Under the pieces are notes generated by a model. The model searched no databases and was not told the DNA's origin. It was given only the letters and a program-made list of their open reading frames with translations. This document shows, one piece after another, positions 1-23,698 of a stretch of DNA of 64,000 nt. The position numbers and the translations under genes are program-made. This stretch comes from Chrysomallon squamiferum (taxonomy: Eukaryota > Animalia > Mollusca). The stretch lies in NCBI GenBank assembly GCA_012295275.1, contig CM022676.1, forward strand, positions 16,430,001 to 16,494,000, in the 5' to 3' direction. The first letter of the stretch is position 1. Each line of letters opens with the position of its first letter.

Positions 1-10188
<10,188 letters not shown>

Positions 10189-10873
10189 CATGTATTTGAA
10201 ACAAGGTAATACTAACTCGTAGATTAAATAAATATAGCTTATTGTTTTTGTAACAATGTGTTCGTGTATAAAAGTGATATTATTTTATTGCTTATAAATG
10301 TACGAGTCTATTTATTATGCAAACGAAACGTTAAGGATCTGTTGATAAAATATCCTATCCTGTTTTAATGATGATGTTATTTTAATATCGGAGGTATTTC
10401 TTTTGAAGCGGATGTTTGTTTGTTGAAATGAAACCTTTAATTTTAAATGGCATCCTCGGTTCAGAGGTTCTATAACCAGTGAACATTTAAGCTTAAGCAA
10501 TTTTGATTGATAATTAAAGTATTTCTGTATATTAACCTCTGGTTTTTTGTGATGATGGTCTGTACGTAGAGTCTCACTCTAGAGGGAACTTTAGGTCATC
10601 GTTGTTTCTGGTGTTAATGAATTTTTGCACTGTTTCCAAGGTGTTTTAAATGTGCTGATTCATTAGTACATCTTTCTCTGAAGTGAGAAAACTGATCGTG
10701 ACAAATCCAGAATGAGTTACACTCAACTCCGTGATAACCACATTCTGCAATGGTGATCTACCAGTAGGGAATTTCTATGATATGATGTTTGCGGCTTTCA
10801 AATTCAAAGTCTGTAAATTTTATTCTTACAATTAAAAAATGAACTCAGAAATCTTGTCTCTTTCAAATCACAG

Positions 10874-12270
10874 GAATATTTCCGAATCGCAGTCACGAAG
10901 GTACCAAAATCTTGCTTCTGAACCGGGTAAGTGCACAATTTTATAAATGTTTATTCCAAGACACTTTACTTTATTAGGACTTCTGGCAAAACAATCAGGA
11001 CACAATGAAGGAGGTACAAAAGGAAGTAATGAAAGAACAAACAAACAAAGGGTATGAAATAGAAGGCTGAAATAATATTATGAAATTGTAATCACATAAA
11101 AGCCAGTCAATTTGGGCTAACGTTGTTTTGTGTTACATGAATAATTAAAAGAAATAATTTGTATTATATGTTCAGAAATGCTAGTATAAAATTTAATATT
11201 TGTCTATAATAGATTGTTTATAAATTAATATTTTGCAGAAAGACAACTTGTTTTATCAGGACCATAGATTAATATTTGTCTTTATAGTTGTAAATAGCAA
11301 CCTGGTGATGCTACTCTGTCTATGAGTTTTCATATTTATATTTTTTAATTCTGAATGCATCATATAATATATCGTTTAAAAATCTGATTTTGTTGTGTTT
11401 GTCTACGTTTAACCACTGATGCATGGATTATTAAAATTATTATTATTATTGTTGTGTTGTTGTTGTGGCGTGTATGTGTGTGTATGTATATGGAACGCTC
11501 GGTCCCAGTCTAATGTAAGGGAGGTCACCCATATTAACTATTGAATGCGGAAGTTATATCTTTAGTGCTAGATTGATCGCTCTGTTTGTCACTTTGCATA
11601 TAAATCCATCTAATACTCATGATTTCAGATACAAAGTTGCTGACTTTTCAGACATATCTCCAAAGTAAATAAACGTAATTTTCTTGTTACACACACTTGT
11701 GTTTGACTAGAGTACAGCTTTCAAAACTGTGTGATATCAGGAAAATATATTTATTCTAAGAATTTCATCACTCTAATCATGCTTATTTTGAGATACTTAT
11801 CTGTCTGTGTGTATTGAAGATTATCAAAACAATTTACATATGTATGTGTGTGTTTGTGTGTGCGAGACAGAGAGACAGAGTTCATGCATGTGTATATGTG
11901 TGATGGATATATAGTTATGTACATACACAAAAATGTGAGTGACAGTCTCATGTTTTCTTATAATTTATTTGTAGATGAACCTTTGGCAAAGATAGTAAAC
12001 TGTAAGAGATAGACAAGAAAAGGCACACTGGCTCCTTCTATTAGCAGTATCAAAGTTGGAGTATAGCACTATACAGGATGTTGAATTTACCTCAGCAAAG
12101 GTGAAGGAAGCACAATTAGATCAGTACTTGTATATGAACTCAGGCGTGAAGGAAAGGAAATTTTACAACCTGTCGAACCTGCTTTCTGCACTGAAAGTTG
12201 AAGTATAACACTATACAGGATGTTGAACTTACCTCAGCAAAGAACCTCGTGGACATGTGCAAATCATGGA
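10874..12270 (+). pseudogene. Relic cytoplasmic-tail exons of gene A downstream of the stop (YQNL, LEYSTI, LKYNTI)
   Basis: Exon 10874-10926 reads RNISESQSRRYQNLASEP with cag/gtaagt sites. The terminal region from 11975 carries a duplicated unit encoding KLEYSTIQDVEFTSAK (12053-12100) and KLKYNTIQDVELTSAK (12195-12242) in different frames. Confidence 0.6.
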
Positions 12271-12645
12271 ACGATACGTAACAAAGAAACTTTCATTGTG
12301 ATGGAGTTCAATTAGCGCCTGTCAAAAATGTTTCAATGATACAGTGAGAAAATCAAAACGAACACAATTTGAGTTTGTTATAATTATAGAAAATGTTTAT
12401 AAGTCAAATCTAGTCAAATGAACTGTAACATAATGTAAATGAATACGAAAATAAGTTAAAATTGAACATAATATTTATTTTGAAGACAAATGTTGAGAAA
12501 TAAAATGAACATGAACGGAACGGAATAGATTTGCTTAGCACATAAATTTCAAATTATATAAAGAGAATGCAAAATATAGCGAAATTTCCATTGCTAATAG
12601 TGAAAAAACTTATATTTTCTGTTATTTATTCATGTACGAAAGTAT

Positions 12646-12650
<5 letters not shown>

Positions 12651-12736
<86 letters not shown>
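12651..12736. repeat. (GA)n microsatellite between the convergent genes A and B
   Basis: Pure GA tract. Confidence 0.97.
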
Positions 12737-12739
<3 letters not shown>

Positions 12740-12816
12740 AGCATCTGTTGATAGTTTAAAACATTAAAAAACATTTTTGTTCTCCTTATTAGTCTCAGTG
12801 ATTTCAGTAAACGTTA

Positions 12817-12872
<56 letters not shown>

Positions 12873-12904
12873 AGGAAGAAAAGAAAAAACGATATATTTC
12901 TTGC

Positions 12905-13015
12905 CAGTTTGTCTCAGATTTTCGTACATCTCAATTCTTGAGTATTCAGTAGTATCTCTGTTTTGTTGAAGTCCTTAGAATATTTGGTCTGTAACTGGAC
13001 GTGGATGTTCCATAA
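12905..13015 (-). pseudogene. Gene B cytoplasmic exon with Tyr motifs
   Basis: VMEHPRPVTDQIF*GLQQNRDTTEYSRIEMYENLRQT after a tttacag acceptor. Confidence 0.65.
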
Positions 13016-13199
13016 CTGTAAATGTAATAGAAATGAGAAACTGATAGACAAAACATTACTACATTAACTATTACGTTAAGAAACTTACACAGCTCTTGCA
13101 AAGACAACAACCATTACTACTACTGCTACAACAACTGCTGCTACTGCTTATCTCAAATACTATTTTTCAAAGTTATATCTGATATTTTAGTCTATTTAC

Positions 13200-13270
13200 C
13201 CTTAGTGTAAAATATACAAATGCAGAGATACCAATTATATCATTAAAGAATTCATAATTAAGAAAACAAA
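13200..13270 (-). pseudogene. Possible degenerate TM exon of gene B
   Basis: ctttcag, then VCFLNYEFFNDIIGISAFVYFTLR, then gtaaat. It is hydrophobic and at the expected position but short. Confidence 0.3.
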
Positions 13271-13887
13271 CTGAAAGTGAATTCCTGTTATTGTTTACGT
13301 TTTGCATGTTATCTAATTATTACCAGATTTGTGATCACGTGACAAAGAACGTCTTTATTATTTTTTGTTACAAAATTATAAATACTAATTAAATACCATA
13401 TAAACGTTTCATTAGTCAGTTACTGTTATCAGTACTTAGCGATGATTGGTATTTTCTTTGTGTGTATGTATGTGTCATGAAAATATGATTAATAATTAAA
13501 TATAAACAATAATTTTATTATAAAATTGTAATTACAATTTAAATTAAACTGTGAAATTTATTAATAAGAAATAATTATCATTTTATCTTTTTTTCTTAAA
13601 ACAATTTCTAATGTTAGTAGAAAGAAATAAAAACTTTCAGATGTGTGATTGGATTAGACTGAAGTAAGTACAGAGAACATGGATAGATCTTAAATGAAAA
13701 TGAATAAAATGACTTGATGATCACTGTAAAATAGTTCTACAGAAATTCAACAGAATTCTAAGCACGAGAAAATAGATAAGCACACATACATATATGGAAC
13801 AACACACAGAGATAGTCACGGACACAAGTAAAGCCATAAACAGATACATCCTCACTAACCCACAAGCATATATGCATCTTTACTTAC

Positions 13888-14504
13888 CCTTTATTGTAAC
13901 TTCAAGTCTAACATATGCACTGGTGTTATTTGAAAGTATGTTATTTTGAGCTGACAGATGAATATCAGAAACATGTTTAGACTGAAGATTTGCGATGTTA
14001 AAAAGTATTTTATGTTTTTGTGTTCAGACATCAAACCGTTTACTTTTCCAAGTAATGCAGTTAGAGTCACTTTGTGCTTTGTCCTGCATTATAAATCTTT
14101 GTACAAAATTACCGCCTGGGTAGTTAGGTAGCCAGGACAAGAACACTGTGACTGATGTTGATTCTCTTTCTTGTTGGAACTCTTTAGGAGGAAGAGGTGG
14201 ACATGCTCCAATTAGGTTCACAGAAAACTGAGAACATCCAACTTCATTACAATGTCATCTCGTGTAAGATTATTGATACTGAGAGAAAATTAGTAACCAG
14301 AATATGTCACTGTTTTACTGTGTATTTGAAATGTGATGTTTTCTCTTGTGACATGAGTGCTGTTAAAATCAGTTTGATCATCAAATTTACTGCAGGTAAC
14401 ATTTCTGTAATTTGGTTTACAAAACACAGATTTGTGTAATACAACAGGATTTCCTATCTCAGCTCCCACAATGTTGTCCATTTTGTTGATGATCTTAGAT
14501 GCAG
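13888..14504 (-). pseudogene. Gene B Ig-like plus FN3 exon (disabled)
   Basis: AEIGNPVVLHKSVFCKPNYRNVTC...NEVGCSQFSVNLIGACPPLPPKEF...VFLSWLPNYPGGNFVQRF. Stops at 14290 and 14024, gtaagt donor. Confidence 0.8.
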
Positions 14505-15039
14505 CTGAAGGTAAAATATCCATATTAATTATAATCACTTAAACTATTTTAACATTAAAATCAGATTACATTTGAATACAGCTGAAAGTATAATTATATT
14601 AATGATAAAAATGTAACTACTATATTGTTATATGTTTATTTTAAATATGTGAATAGTAATAATTCTTAACAAACGTAATTTCAAATATTGTAGTGTTCCA
14701 GATGATTTAATACATTTTTACAATACATGAACAATATTTAGACATTCAACATTAAGAAATAAAAAATATCTGAATTTTTAAAACACATAGATTTTAAAAA
14801 TGCAATTATTCTATACTATTTTGAGTAATAATAAACATAAAACTTTTCTTAGTTTGACATAACTTTGAGTAACTGACTGACTGGATGCTGTTGTATTCTT
14901 TGTTAAGTTTAACTCAATTGTATACATTATTGAATATTTGTTTCTTTCAAACTTTCAATTACTGAACCAATACTGTTTAGTTATCATTTAATCTCTTGAT
15001 CATAAAATTCATGCTGATCTCATAAATGATTTTTCTCCC

Positions 15040-16017
15040 AAGGTATATAACAAAGCAATGAAAGCTGGGTACAGCCTAACAGATAAAAATGATCAGAATA
15101 ATCTCCCCATCCACCGTCTACTTGATTTATTTGATAAACTGATTTTATTGTATAGTTGTGAAATACGTTGTTTTACAAATATACAACTAATAGAAACATT
15201 CTAAATGAAATTTTGCAAGTTACTAAGTTATTACTAAGGTTTAATAAATATACCCCTGGTTTTATGATCTATCGTGAACTAGGATGGTATCCCCTTTGTA
15301 TTTCTATAAAAGTAAGAATGATAACCTTTTGGGGGAACCTAATTTACAAAACCCAAAACAAGACTTGGTCACAGCTATATTATTTAATTCTCCTTGGATC
15401 AAATTTGTAACAAATATTCAAGATGATTGTGGTTTAACATATATATGGACGTATTACAACTTTGATAATGTTAAATGGTTACATATCCAAAATATTATAT
15501 GATGAGTTTTAACAGTTATCGAAAAATCAAACTGAAACGTCTCTAAAGGGTATTAATTATATTTTCTTTTTAAAATGAACTGAAATTAGAAAACTGTCTT
15601 ATTTTAGTCAGAAGAATGCTGATATCTTACGTAAATTTAGAACCGCGAATGCTTAACTTCCTATTGAAAGTGGACGATGGAATAATATTCTAAGGGAAAA
15701 CAGAAAATGTCATATCTGTAATCTTAACAAAATTGGAGATGAACGTAACGATCCTGTATTATTAAATGAGACAAAACGTATCCCAGATAAATATATGAGA
15801 CATTCAAATGTAATTTCATATAATAATTTGTTTAACAGTAAAAATATATTTTTATTAAAAAGCTATGTTTCTTAATAAGGACTGTATGTGCGAGTATGCC
15901 CTCCTGTTTAAAATTCCACACATGTGTATTATAATATTGTTATTATGTAGGTGTAATACATTCTTCTCTGTACTGTAATCCTACAGTTTATGACAATAAA
16001 GTCATTGTCATTGTCAT
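15040..16017 (+). mobile_element. 5'-truncated degenerate LINE 3' end (RTE-X-like) in a gene B intron
   Basis: Frameshifted peptides TPGFMIYRELGWYPL..IKVRMITFW and KFRT.N..LPIESGRWNNILRENRKCHICNLNKIGDE (C-terminal Zn-finger region). It ends in aataaa plus a (gtcatt)n tail. Confidence 0.75.
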
Positions 16018-16670
16018 CAACATTTTTTTCTTTCCAGAGCTTCACTTATAATAACACATATAACAGTGTTGACTTGTCTATATGACACATCTACAAATAC
16101 CACAGCCAGTCTAAGTTCAAAGCTTGTTTCTGGTTACTGCTAACAAAGTAAACATTGACAGCCTGACAAATGTATAACTCATTCAGGTGTTAAATTTACT
16201 GTTGCATGGACAACAAAAGTTAGTTCAATCATAGACCAGTATACAAGTCCTTCTTAAAATAGTACTTTTGTTGCACAAATGCAATTTGTTACAGCATGAG
16301 ACAAACATGTAAGAAATATCTCAGCACCAGTGATGAATTCCCTGATTATTAATCAAATATGTTGTTGTGTAGACTCCATGTTTGACCCCTCAATCTTTGG
16401 CAGCATGTAAAGTGACTAGCTTTATGTTTATCAATGCTTTTCTGTAAATAGGGAGTAATAAAAAAAAAATTTGATGAAGTTTCCTTCATTAATTTGATTC
16501 TCCAGGAAACTGATTATTTTTTTTTAAAATCGTTTTACCCTTAAATACGTTTCAAAAAAAAAAAAAAAAAGATTATATAAATAGTGATTGCTATGTCAGC
16601 TGTTAGCACAGTTTTAAGGAAATAAAATTAGAAAACTGAGTTTATCATATATTTGAAAAAAAAACTGCCT

Positions 16671-16713
<43 letters not shown>

Positions 16714-16916
16714 TACAAGATAAAGATACATTGGAATAATTTTCTTCACAATTAGGATTATTTAAACATTATTTATATTAAAAAATATGAACAACTATAT
16801 TGCACAGTATATTATAAAATTCAGTAGCCATTTATGAAACCTGGATAGAAATTTTGAACAAGATAAATAAATAAACGAAACATTATTGTTTTGTTATTAA
16901 ATTATAGACTGATTCC

Positions 16917-17145
16917 TTTAACATCAACACTGCTGGTTTAATATTGTAGTAAACTTCCATTCCTGTCTGGGATTCCATTTTCCACACTACAGGCGTAAAT
17001 TCCACTCTCTTCAAACGTAACAGGATTAAACTGTAAACTGTACAGATTACCCGTTACCTTTGTTTCTGACACATCTGGAATAAACACGTCATTCGTGTAA
17101 TGTTGTCAGTTGTGTTTAAACAAGGAAAAGTCAGATCAGGAGCAT
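16917..17145 (-). pseudogene. Gene B Ig-like exon (internal deletion, stop, donor lost)
   Basis: YAPDLTFPC...FEESGIYACSVENGIPDRNGSLLQY*. Confidence 0.75.
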
Positions 17146-17499
17146 CTGTAAACAATTACTAAATTTACAGAAATAAATCAAGTAATCACGTTAAACAAGT
17201 CATTACTATCACACATTTGATAATCTATCTTTCTAACAGTAACAGATCACACTGAATAGGTTAGATTAAGCAAAACAAGACAATGTCTTATAAATATTTT
17301 ATATACATATATACAATTACAATTCCATTTTATAAAAAAAATTAAAAAAAATTAAAAAAGCAAACAAACAAACAAAAAAATCAAAAAACAAAACAAACAA
17401 TAAACATCACTGATAAATACTTAATCAGTAATTAAAACATAATTTACATATAAAGTTAACAGAAATAACAAATAAGTGTTCTAACATATAAATACTCAC

Positions 17500-17764
17500 A
17501 GTTAACTATAATTTTAATCTGAGATGTTCCAGTTAGTGTTGCTAGTGAAGATGACACTGTTACTGTACACGTGTATGTACCGTGGTGTGTTTTGTCAAGT
17601 ACTGGAATATGTAAAGGGAAACCACCAGTCCAGTGAGGTGAGGTTGATGTCCAGTTGAGTATTGTGTTTGGAGGATTGCTGTCTGCTGAACAGTTTACTA
17701 CATCCAGACTTTGTCCTTCCCGCGTTGACTGGTCCACATGTATCAATACTCACTCGTGGATGAT
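17500..17764 (-). pseudogene. Gene B Ig-like exon (frameshifted)
   Basis: YHPRVSIDTCGPVN, then a shift to REGQSLDVVNCSADSNPP..LNW..HHGTYTCTV. Confidence 0.82.
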
Positions 17765-18686
17765 CTGATAAAAAATAAGAATAAGAATGAAATAAATGTG
17801 AAATTTAAAGTATGTAAATTGGTGTATCACTCATATTTTACCACAGTAATTCTGTTATAAATTCATATTATTAGATAACTATTTTCTCAATGCCCACTTT
17901 TTCTTCGACTTTCATATTAGAATTTTATTTTCAGAATTAATATCCAAATTATTTAGTAATATAACACATTTTACTTGTAGAATTAATAGAAAAAAAAAAT
18001 TACTTTCACTGCAAGTAATGTTTGTGTATCTTTGTGTAAATATATTGATTTGTACAAAAACGTTATGTAATACATCAGCAGTCATTTCGTATTTTAATCA
18101 AAGGTTACCAACTACATTATTACTGACTTCTCCTCTACTGAACAGTGAATGTTGTATTGCACTGAACAACTTTCCTCTAATTACTGAGTCATATTTTTCA
18201 TGACTGTTCTCGTATATAACTTGCAGGAAGATGCACACTTTTGACTTTTATACAGAAGTTACTTTAGCTGTATTTTAGATAATGTATAAATATGAAGTTT
18301 GAAGAAAAATTGTAACTGCAACAGTTTGAATATGAAAGAAAAAATTAACCATGCAAAATAATTAAAGAGATACTTGTGTTGAACTGAAAGATGCAGTCTG
18401 TAGAAATAGCAAAATAATGTCAATCAAGAACTAAACAATAATAATTAAAGTGTAAACGGTAAAATACATATTTATTTCATTAAATAGAAAATTCAGCAAA
18501 AATCAACATAAAATAAAATAACAGTCATTCACTATATAATACGTGTATATATTTAAATGTTAGGACGTTTTAATTTTCTTTCAAATTACTCAATACTGAT
18601 TAGAATACACATTTTTCAATAACAAATAAAACAAACATTTTCAAAAGAGAAAAATTATGTTTCATTAAACTACGCATATTACTCAC

Positions 18687-19707
18687 AGTGAACATTTAGT
18701 CTTTTAATTTGAGATGACTTTGGATCATTTTTGTGGAGTGTGAAGTTATTTGTAGCCTGACACATAAATGTCTGTCTGTTGTCTGTGTAGGACAGATTTT
18801 TGAACAGACATTAGGAGTTTGTGTGTGTGGAATCTTTCACTCCGTTTTTAAACCAGACGATCACAGCTGGAGGATTTCCTCTGTCAGACACTGCACAAGT
18901 CAGGTTTCTACTCTGACCTTCTAACCACGGAACATTCAAACTTGAAACCAGATCTGGAGATGAAAACAGTATTTTTACTTTCAAAGTATTTTCCTTTCTA
19001 TATTTTTATTGTTGCTTTGGTTATTGTTACTGCTCTTACAATCGTAATATCATCATCATCATCATCATTATTATTAGCATTACTACTGTTGTTGTTGTTG
19101 AATACTTACAGTACACAGTGAGTGTTTGAGTGTCTGTGATATTATATCTGTCAGTCTGGTGAACTGCACTGCACTGACAGGTCTTAGAGTTGAGATTTCT
19201 TGTAACTGTGAGTGACGAATCTACAAAAACACTGTGTTAATCTCTCTCAGATGAAGTGTTAATGTGATCTGTGTCACAAGACAGACTTACTGATGACACT
19301 AGAGGTTTACCACCTGACAGAACACAGCGAATGTTCAGTGTGTCTCCTTCATAAACCACTTGTCCGGTCTTGTACCCTCTTATTTCTGGAGGATTCACAG
19401 GTGGATCTGAAAGCAAAAGTTTTATTGAGTTAAAGATTCAATTTAAAATAATTATTATCTGTTTATTAATTTTGATGTTGTTTTTGACAGGACATTCGAT
19501 ACTGTGAACATGTTCCCAGGGAGTATGTCATCACACTTGACACAGCTTATCCTTACTCTTAATTTCAGTGAATGGGTTAAATACATCAAGATTGTGTTAG
19601 AGTCCGAACTGTGGTAAACAAATGTTATTACGACACTCGAACCTAATTCTGCCCAAAACGAAATTAAAGTAAACATTCAAAATCAGTTTATTATTATATT
19701 ATTATTG

Positions 19708-19793
<86 letters not shown>

Positions 19794-20818
19794 TTTCTGT
19801 TGCACTCACAATACAAATTCAGTGTAGTGTTTGTTTTTGAGTTTTGTTCAGGTATCCGAGAATTCTGTGTTTCACACTTTATTTCATCTCCATCTTGATA
19901 TCCCTGTGGAACCAAAACCAGATTGTGACTAAACAGCACTCCTCCATCACCAGCGTATTGTTCTCTGATTGGTTCGTTTGAAATCAGAATTTGACCACTA
20001 GTGACATTTCACCAAGTGAACGTCACACTGGGACTTGATGATGCACTTTTACAGGTCAAGGGCAACTTTTTGATACCATCAGCATAAAAACTAGCTTGAT
20101 TTCCATTTTTATCTGTTCTGTTAGGCCCAACTAAAATTTATAGTATCTTAAGAATAAATGTATGGTTTTATTAATATTATAAAACAAGATAAAAAGATGG
20201 AGAAAAAGTTGCAAAAAAGAAGGAAATAAGATAAAATTTATTATTCTGTATTAGGTAAATGCTGATTTATTTTCAAAACATTTTGTCACAAATCATTTTT
20301 TTTTTGTCTTGCTATTTATTTATTTTATATTTGAGGAGCATAATGACTTTGTGTCACTAGTGTTTTCTTCATACCAGAAATGAGAAATTAACAATAATTT
20401 ATTAGTGTTAAAACTTTGAATGGAATCGTTTACCTGGCTGATAAAATTATATATCAAATACTTATTTTTTGTGATAAAACTACTTATGTCAAAATAATTA
20501 TTAACAGATAAAAATGTGATTACAGTTGAGACAATAAATTTATAAGCCCACATACTAGTTTTGTTGTAAATACCAAGCTTCTCGTCTGCACATAGTTTCT
20601 GATTTGACATCATGTGAAGTTCTGATTGTTCTACTTTCTGTTAATAGATTTCAAGACAAGAGTTTGTGTGTGCGTGTCAGTTCCATCAGGAGTTATCCAG
20701 CTTACTGTGCCAGCAGGTGTTCCTAGAAAAGTGGTGTTACATACACAAGTTCCACTCTGTCCTGACTCTATGTCAGTATCTGGACACTCACCACTTGTAG
20801 AAGGAAAGTCTGGTGGTC
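18687..20818 (-). pseudogene. Gene B block of four Ig exons, each with a nonsense codon; paralogous to gene C 31344-33142
   Basis: Exons 20552-20818, 19810-20130, 19110-19406 and 18687-~18960 align closely with the gene C exons, including parts of the introns. Confidence 0.88.
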
Positions 20819-21071
20819 CTATTTGTAATAAAAAATCACAAATAATAAAATGAAATAAGAATGAAATAATAATAATTACTTAATCTTTACAGCACTGTTA
20901 ATATCACACTGTTATCTACAACAAAATAGTATCGGAACTGTCCTTGTAGACTGAATACAAAAAAAGAAAAAGATATCATGTGGTATTGATTCATTCAAAA
21001 TGAATAGATTGTTTTAATGACTGTCTTGTATCATATTTAGGATTACTGTGGTCTCATATTGAAATCTATGG

Positions 21072-21330
21072 TTAATTGATACCAGATAATCTGCACAACC
21101 ATGGTTCTCTTTCACTGATAACGGTGTGGGTGGTGGCAACTTTTGTTCTGTATTCGCTCTTTTTAACACTGAAGATGTTGTCTTCTTTGGATGGCCATTT
21201 CCAAGTGATACTAGATTGATGCTTAGCAGTCACTTTCACTTTGTAATTTTCATAATGAATACAATTTACCTCTTCAGAAAATAGTTCATTATCATATGAA
21301 TAACCCACCAGTCATTAATTTGTATTGGCT
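21072..21330 (-). mobile_element. Probable DNA-transposon protein C-terminal relic
   Basis: YDNELFSEEV...KVKVTAKHQSSITWKWPSKEDNIF resembles the WKWPxxED motif seen at the ends of some invertebrate DNA-transposon ORFs. Superfamily not assigned. Confidence 0.4.
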
Positions 21331-22767
21331 CTTTTCAGTGGAGGTTCATATGCAAGCAGATTAATATCTACAGAAGTTTCCACCTCACCATACATTGTTG
21401 TAAGGCTGTAGAAATGAACAATTCCTTTGATAGCTGGGATAGTGGTAATCACATCACTGCTATTTTCAAATCAGTTGCAAGTAACATCTCAAAATATACT
21501 TTGTGTAAGATCGTCTATCAACACTGCTTGTGTGTTTTTTATCCTCCATTAATTAACATTATTTTATATCTAATTCTTGGCAACCTACTTTCAAGCTTTT
21601 TAATTTTAAGCTTTTTTTAAGTGATGCTACTGACATTTAAATTGAGTGAAGTCAAGTGTCAAAGTTTAATTCGACTGGATGATTTGAGAGACAAAATGCT
21701 TCTGTTTCCAGGAAGTTTGGACTCTGGAAATTATGTGGTATGTATTGATGTCAGAAACGTGGAAAAAATACAAGTCGAGAAGATTTTCAGTTTTTCTTTT
21801 CTTTTCCCTTGCACACCGAACTTATTACAATTTAAATACATAAATTTGTGTAAGAAAATCTGAAACAAACGTTATACTTCCAGGTACAGGTAGGCAACTT
21901 GTATGTATATTTACCTGTCACAGAAACAATGCATGGAAGATTTACAGCAGTTAAGGAGGCCAACTCATTTTGTTTTATTTCACACTTAGCTGAAACACAG
22001 AAATATATATTTAAATTAAAACAAATACATTCATTTAGATATGCAAGATTCTTAATTTCAATTATTAAATTTTATTCAATAGATGAAAGACATTAATTCT
22101 GTTTTCAAATCCACCTTTTTAGTGTCTATCTTTTATACAGAACAGTCAACCTAAAACAAAACAAAAATGAGAGAGCATTATGTCGTAACTGAATATAATA
22201 GCATTGCCTGACTGATGAAGAAGAACTAGTTTATTAATTTGGTTTTGTATTTTTGTTTAATATTATTTTTAAAATTATATTTCTAGATTTTTCTGTTTCA
22301 TTAATTGCAGATTAGTTACTAATTTAGTATATACATTTTTCATTGATAATGAACTATGAATTTTGCCCTTTCATCGAGTTGAAGATAAAGGTTTTGTATA
22401 TTAACACCTATATCCTTTCAAATAATCTGTATATATTGTGTTTCTTTCCATAATACATTATATCATTTGCACCATGGATTAAAAATTACAGTAGATTATG
22501 GTAATTTAACATTTTTGTTTCGTGATTTATTTATTTAGTTGATGTACTGAAGTTCAGTGCTTGGAACAATCTTAGACTCTCTGGAGTTTTGTGTTTTCTT
22601 TTCCACAACACACAAAGCAAGTTGTTTTAGTATAATAATGAAAACAACAAATTAACCAGTTTTGTATCTTATAACAAATAAGGCAGCTCCCTTTTCGTTT
22701 TGAACAAAACAACAGATTTTTTTTTTTTTTTTTTTTTTGTTAGAGGTTAACTGTGGAACAATTCCAG

Positions 22768-22769
<2 letters not shown>

Positions 22770-22814
<45 letters not shown>

Positions 22815-22872
22815 CCTGGGTAGTTACCTGCCTGAGACAGAGAAGTGTGTGTTGTGTGTGTGCATGTGTGTG

Positions 22873-22924
<52 letters not shown>
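22770..22924. repeat. Adjacent (CA)n and (TG)n microsatellites
   Basis: (CA)n at ~22770-22813 followed by (TG)n at ~22845-22924. Confidence 0.95.
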
Positions 22925-22927
<3 letters not shown>

Positions 22928-23380
22928 TCATATATTATGCGCAGAATCTGCATGAACTATTTCATTAGCATAAATTATATAAAGAGATGCTTCAAAGCTA
23001 TTCAGGTAAAATATAATATCTTTATTAAATACTGTTCTTTGAAAGGAATGAAAGTGTATCTTCAAAGGTAAATTATCTATCTGCTTTTGACTCAACTAAT
23101 TTTGTTGTTTATTTCATCCACACCTTTTTAAAGTTGTTTTGTTTATAAATTGTAAATACTACTAAAGTATAATATTCAACACAGGCAAATTTAGAAATAA
23201 AAACAAAACAAAAATAAAATTAAATAAAATAAATAAAATAAAAACAAAAAGAAAATAATAATAGTAATAATAATTAAAGAACTAATAAAAAGAAATTTTT
23301 ATATTCATTTATAAATCTTTTGACAAGTATACATATTGTTTAAACTACTAGCATATCTACTGAACGCAAGATACAGATAC

Positions 23381-23698
23381 CTGGTGAAGCAATTGTACAT
23401 GTAGATAGAGACGGTGATGATGAACCATCTGGACAGATCAAAAAATTATCCTTGTCAGTTGTGTTAAATTTCTGTATCTCAACAGTCATAAAGCGTGAAC
23501 TGTTTCCAAACACCTGATATCCTCCTTGGCGAAAAAAACAGTTACCAAAATTATTGTTACACTCCACAACTGGTACATCTCCTTTGTAAAAAGCCACTTT
23601 CTTACATATAATTCCACTCTTGTGAACACATGTTAAGTTCAATGGTAATCCTTCATACCAGTTTCAAACACATGGGCTGATTTCAAAAATGGCTGAAT
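23381..23698 (-). pseudogene. Gene B N-terminal V-like Ig exon (one TGA)
   Basis: DSAIFEISPCV*NWYEGLPLNLTCVHKSGIICKKVAFYKGDVPVVECNNNFGNCFFRQGGYQVFGNSSRFMTVEIQKFNTTDKDNFLICP. Phase 1-1. Confidence 0.75.

Noticed and set aside
18684-19120. CACAGTG heptamers at Ig exon ends suggesting V(D)J recombination signals
   Set aside because: They arise from the conserved G-strand codons and splice donor on the minus strand, and no ACAAAAACC nonamer was seen at 12/23 spacing.
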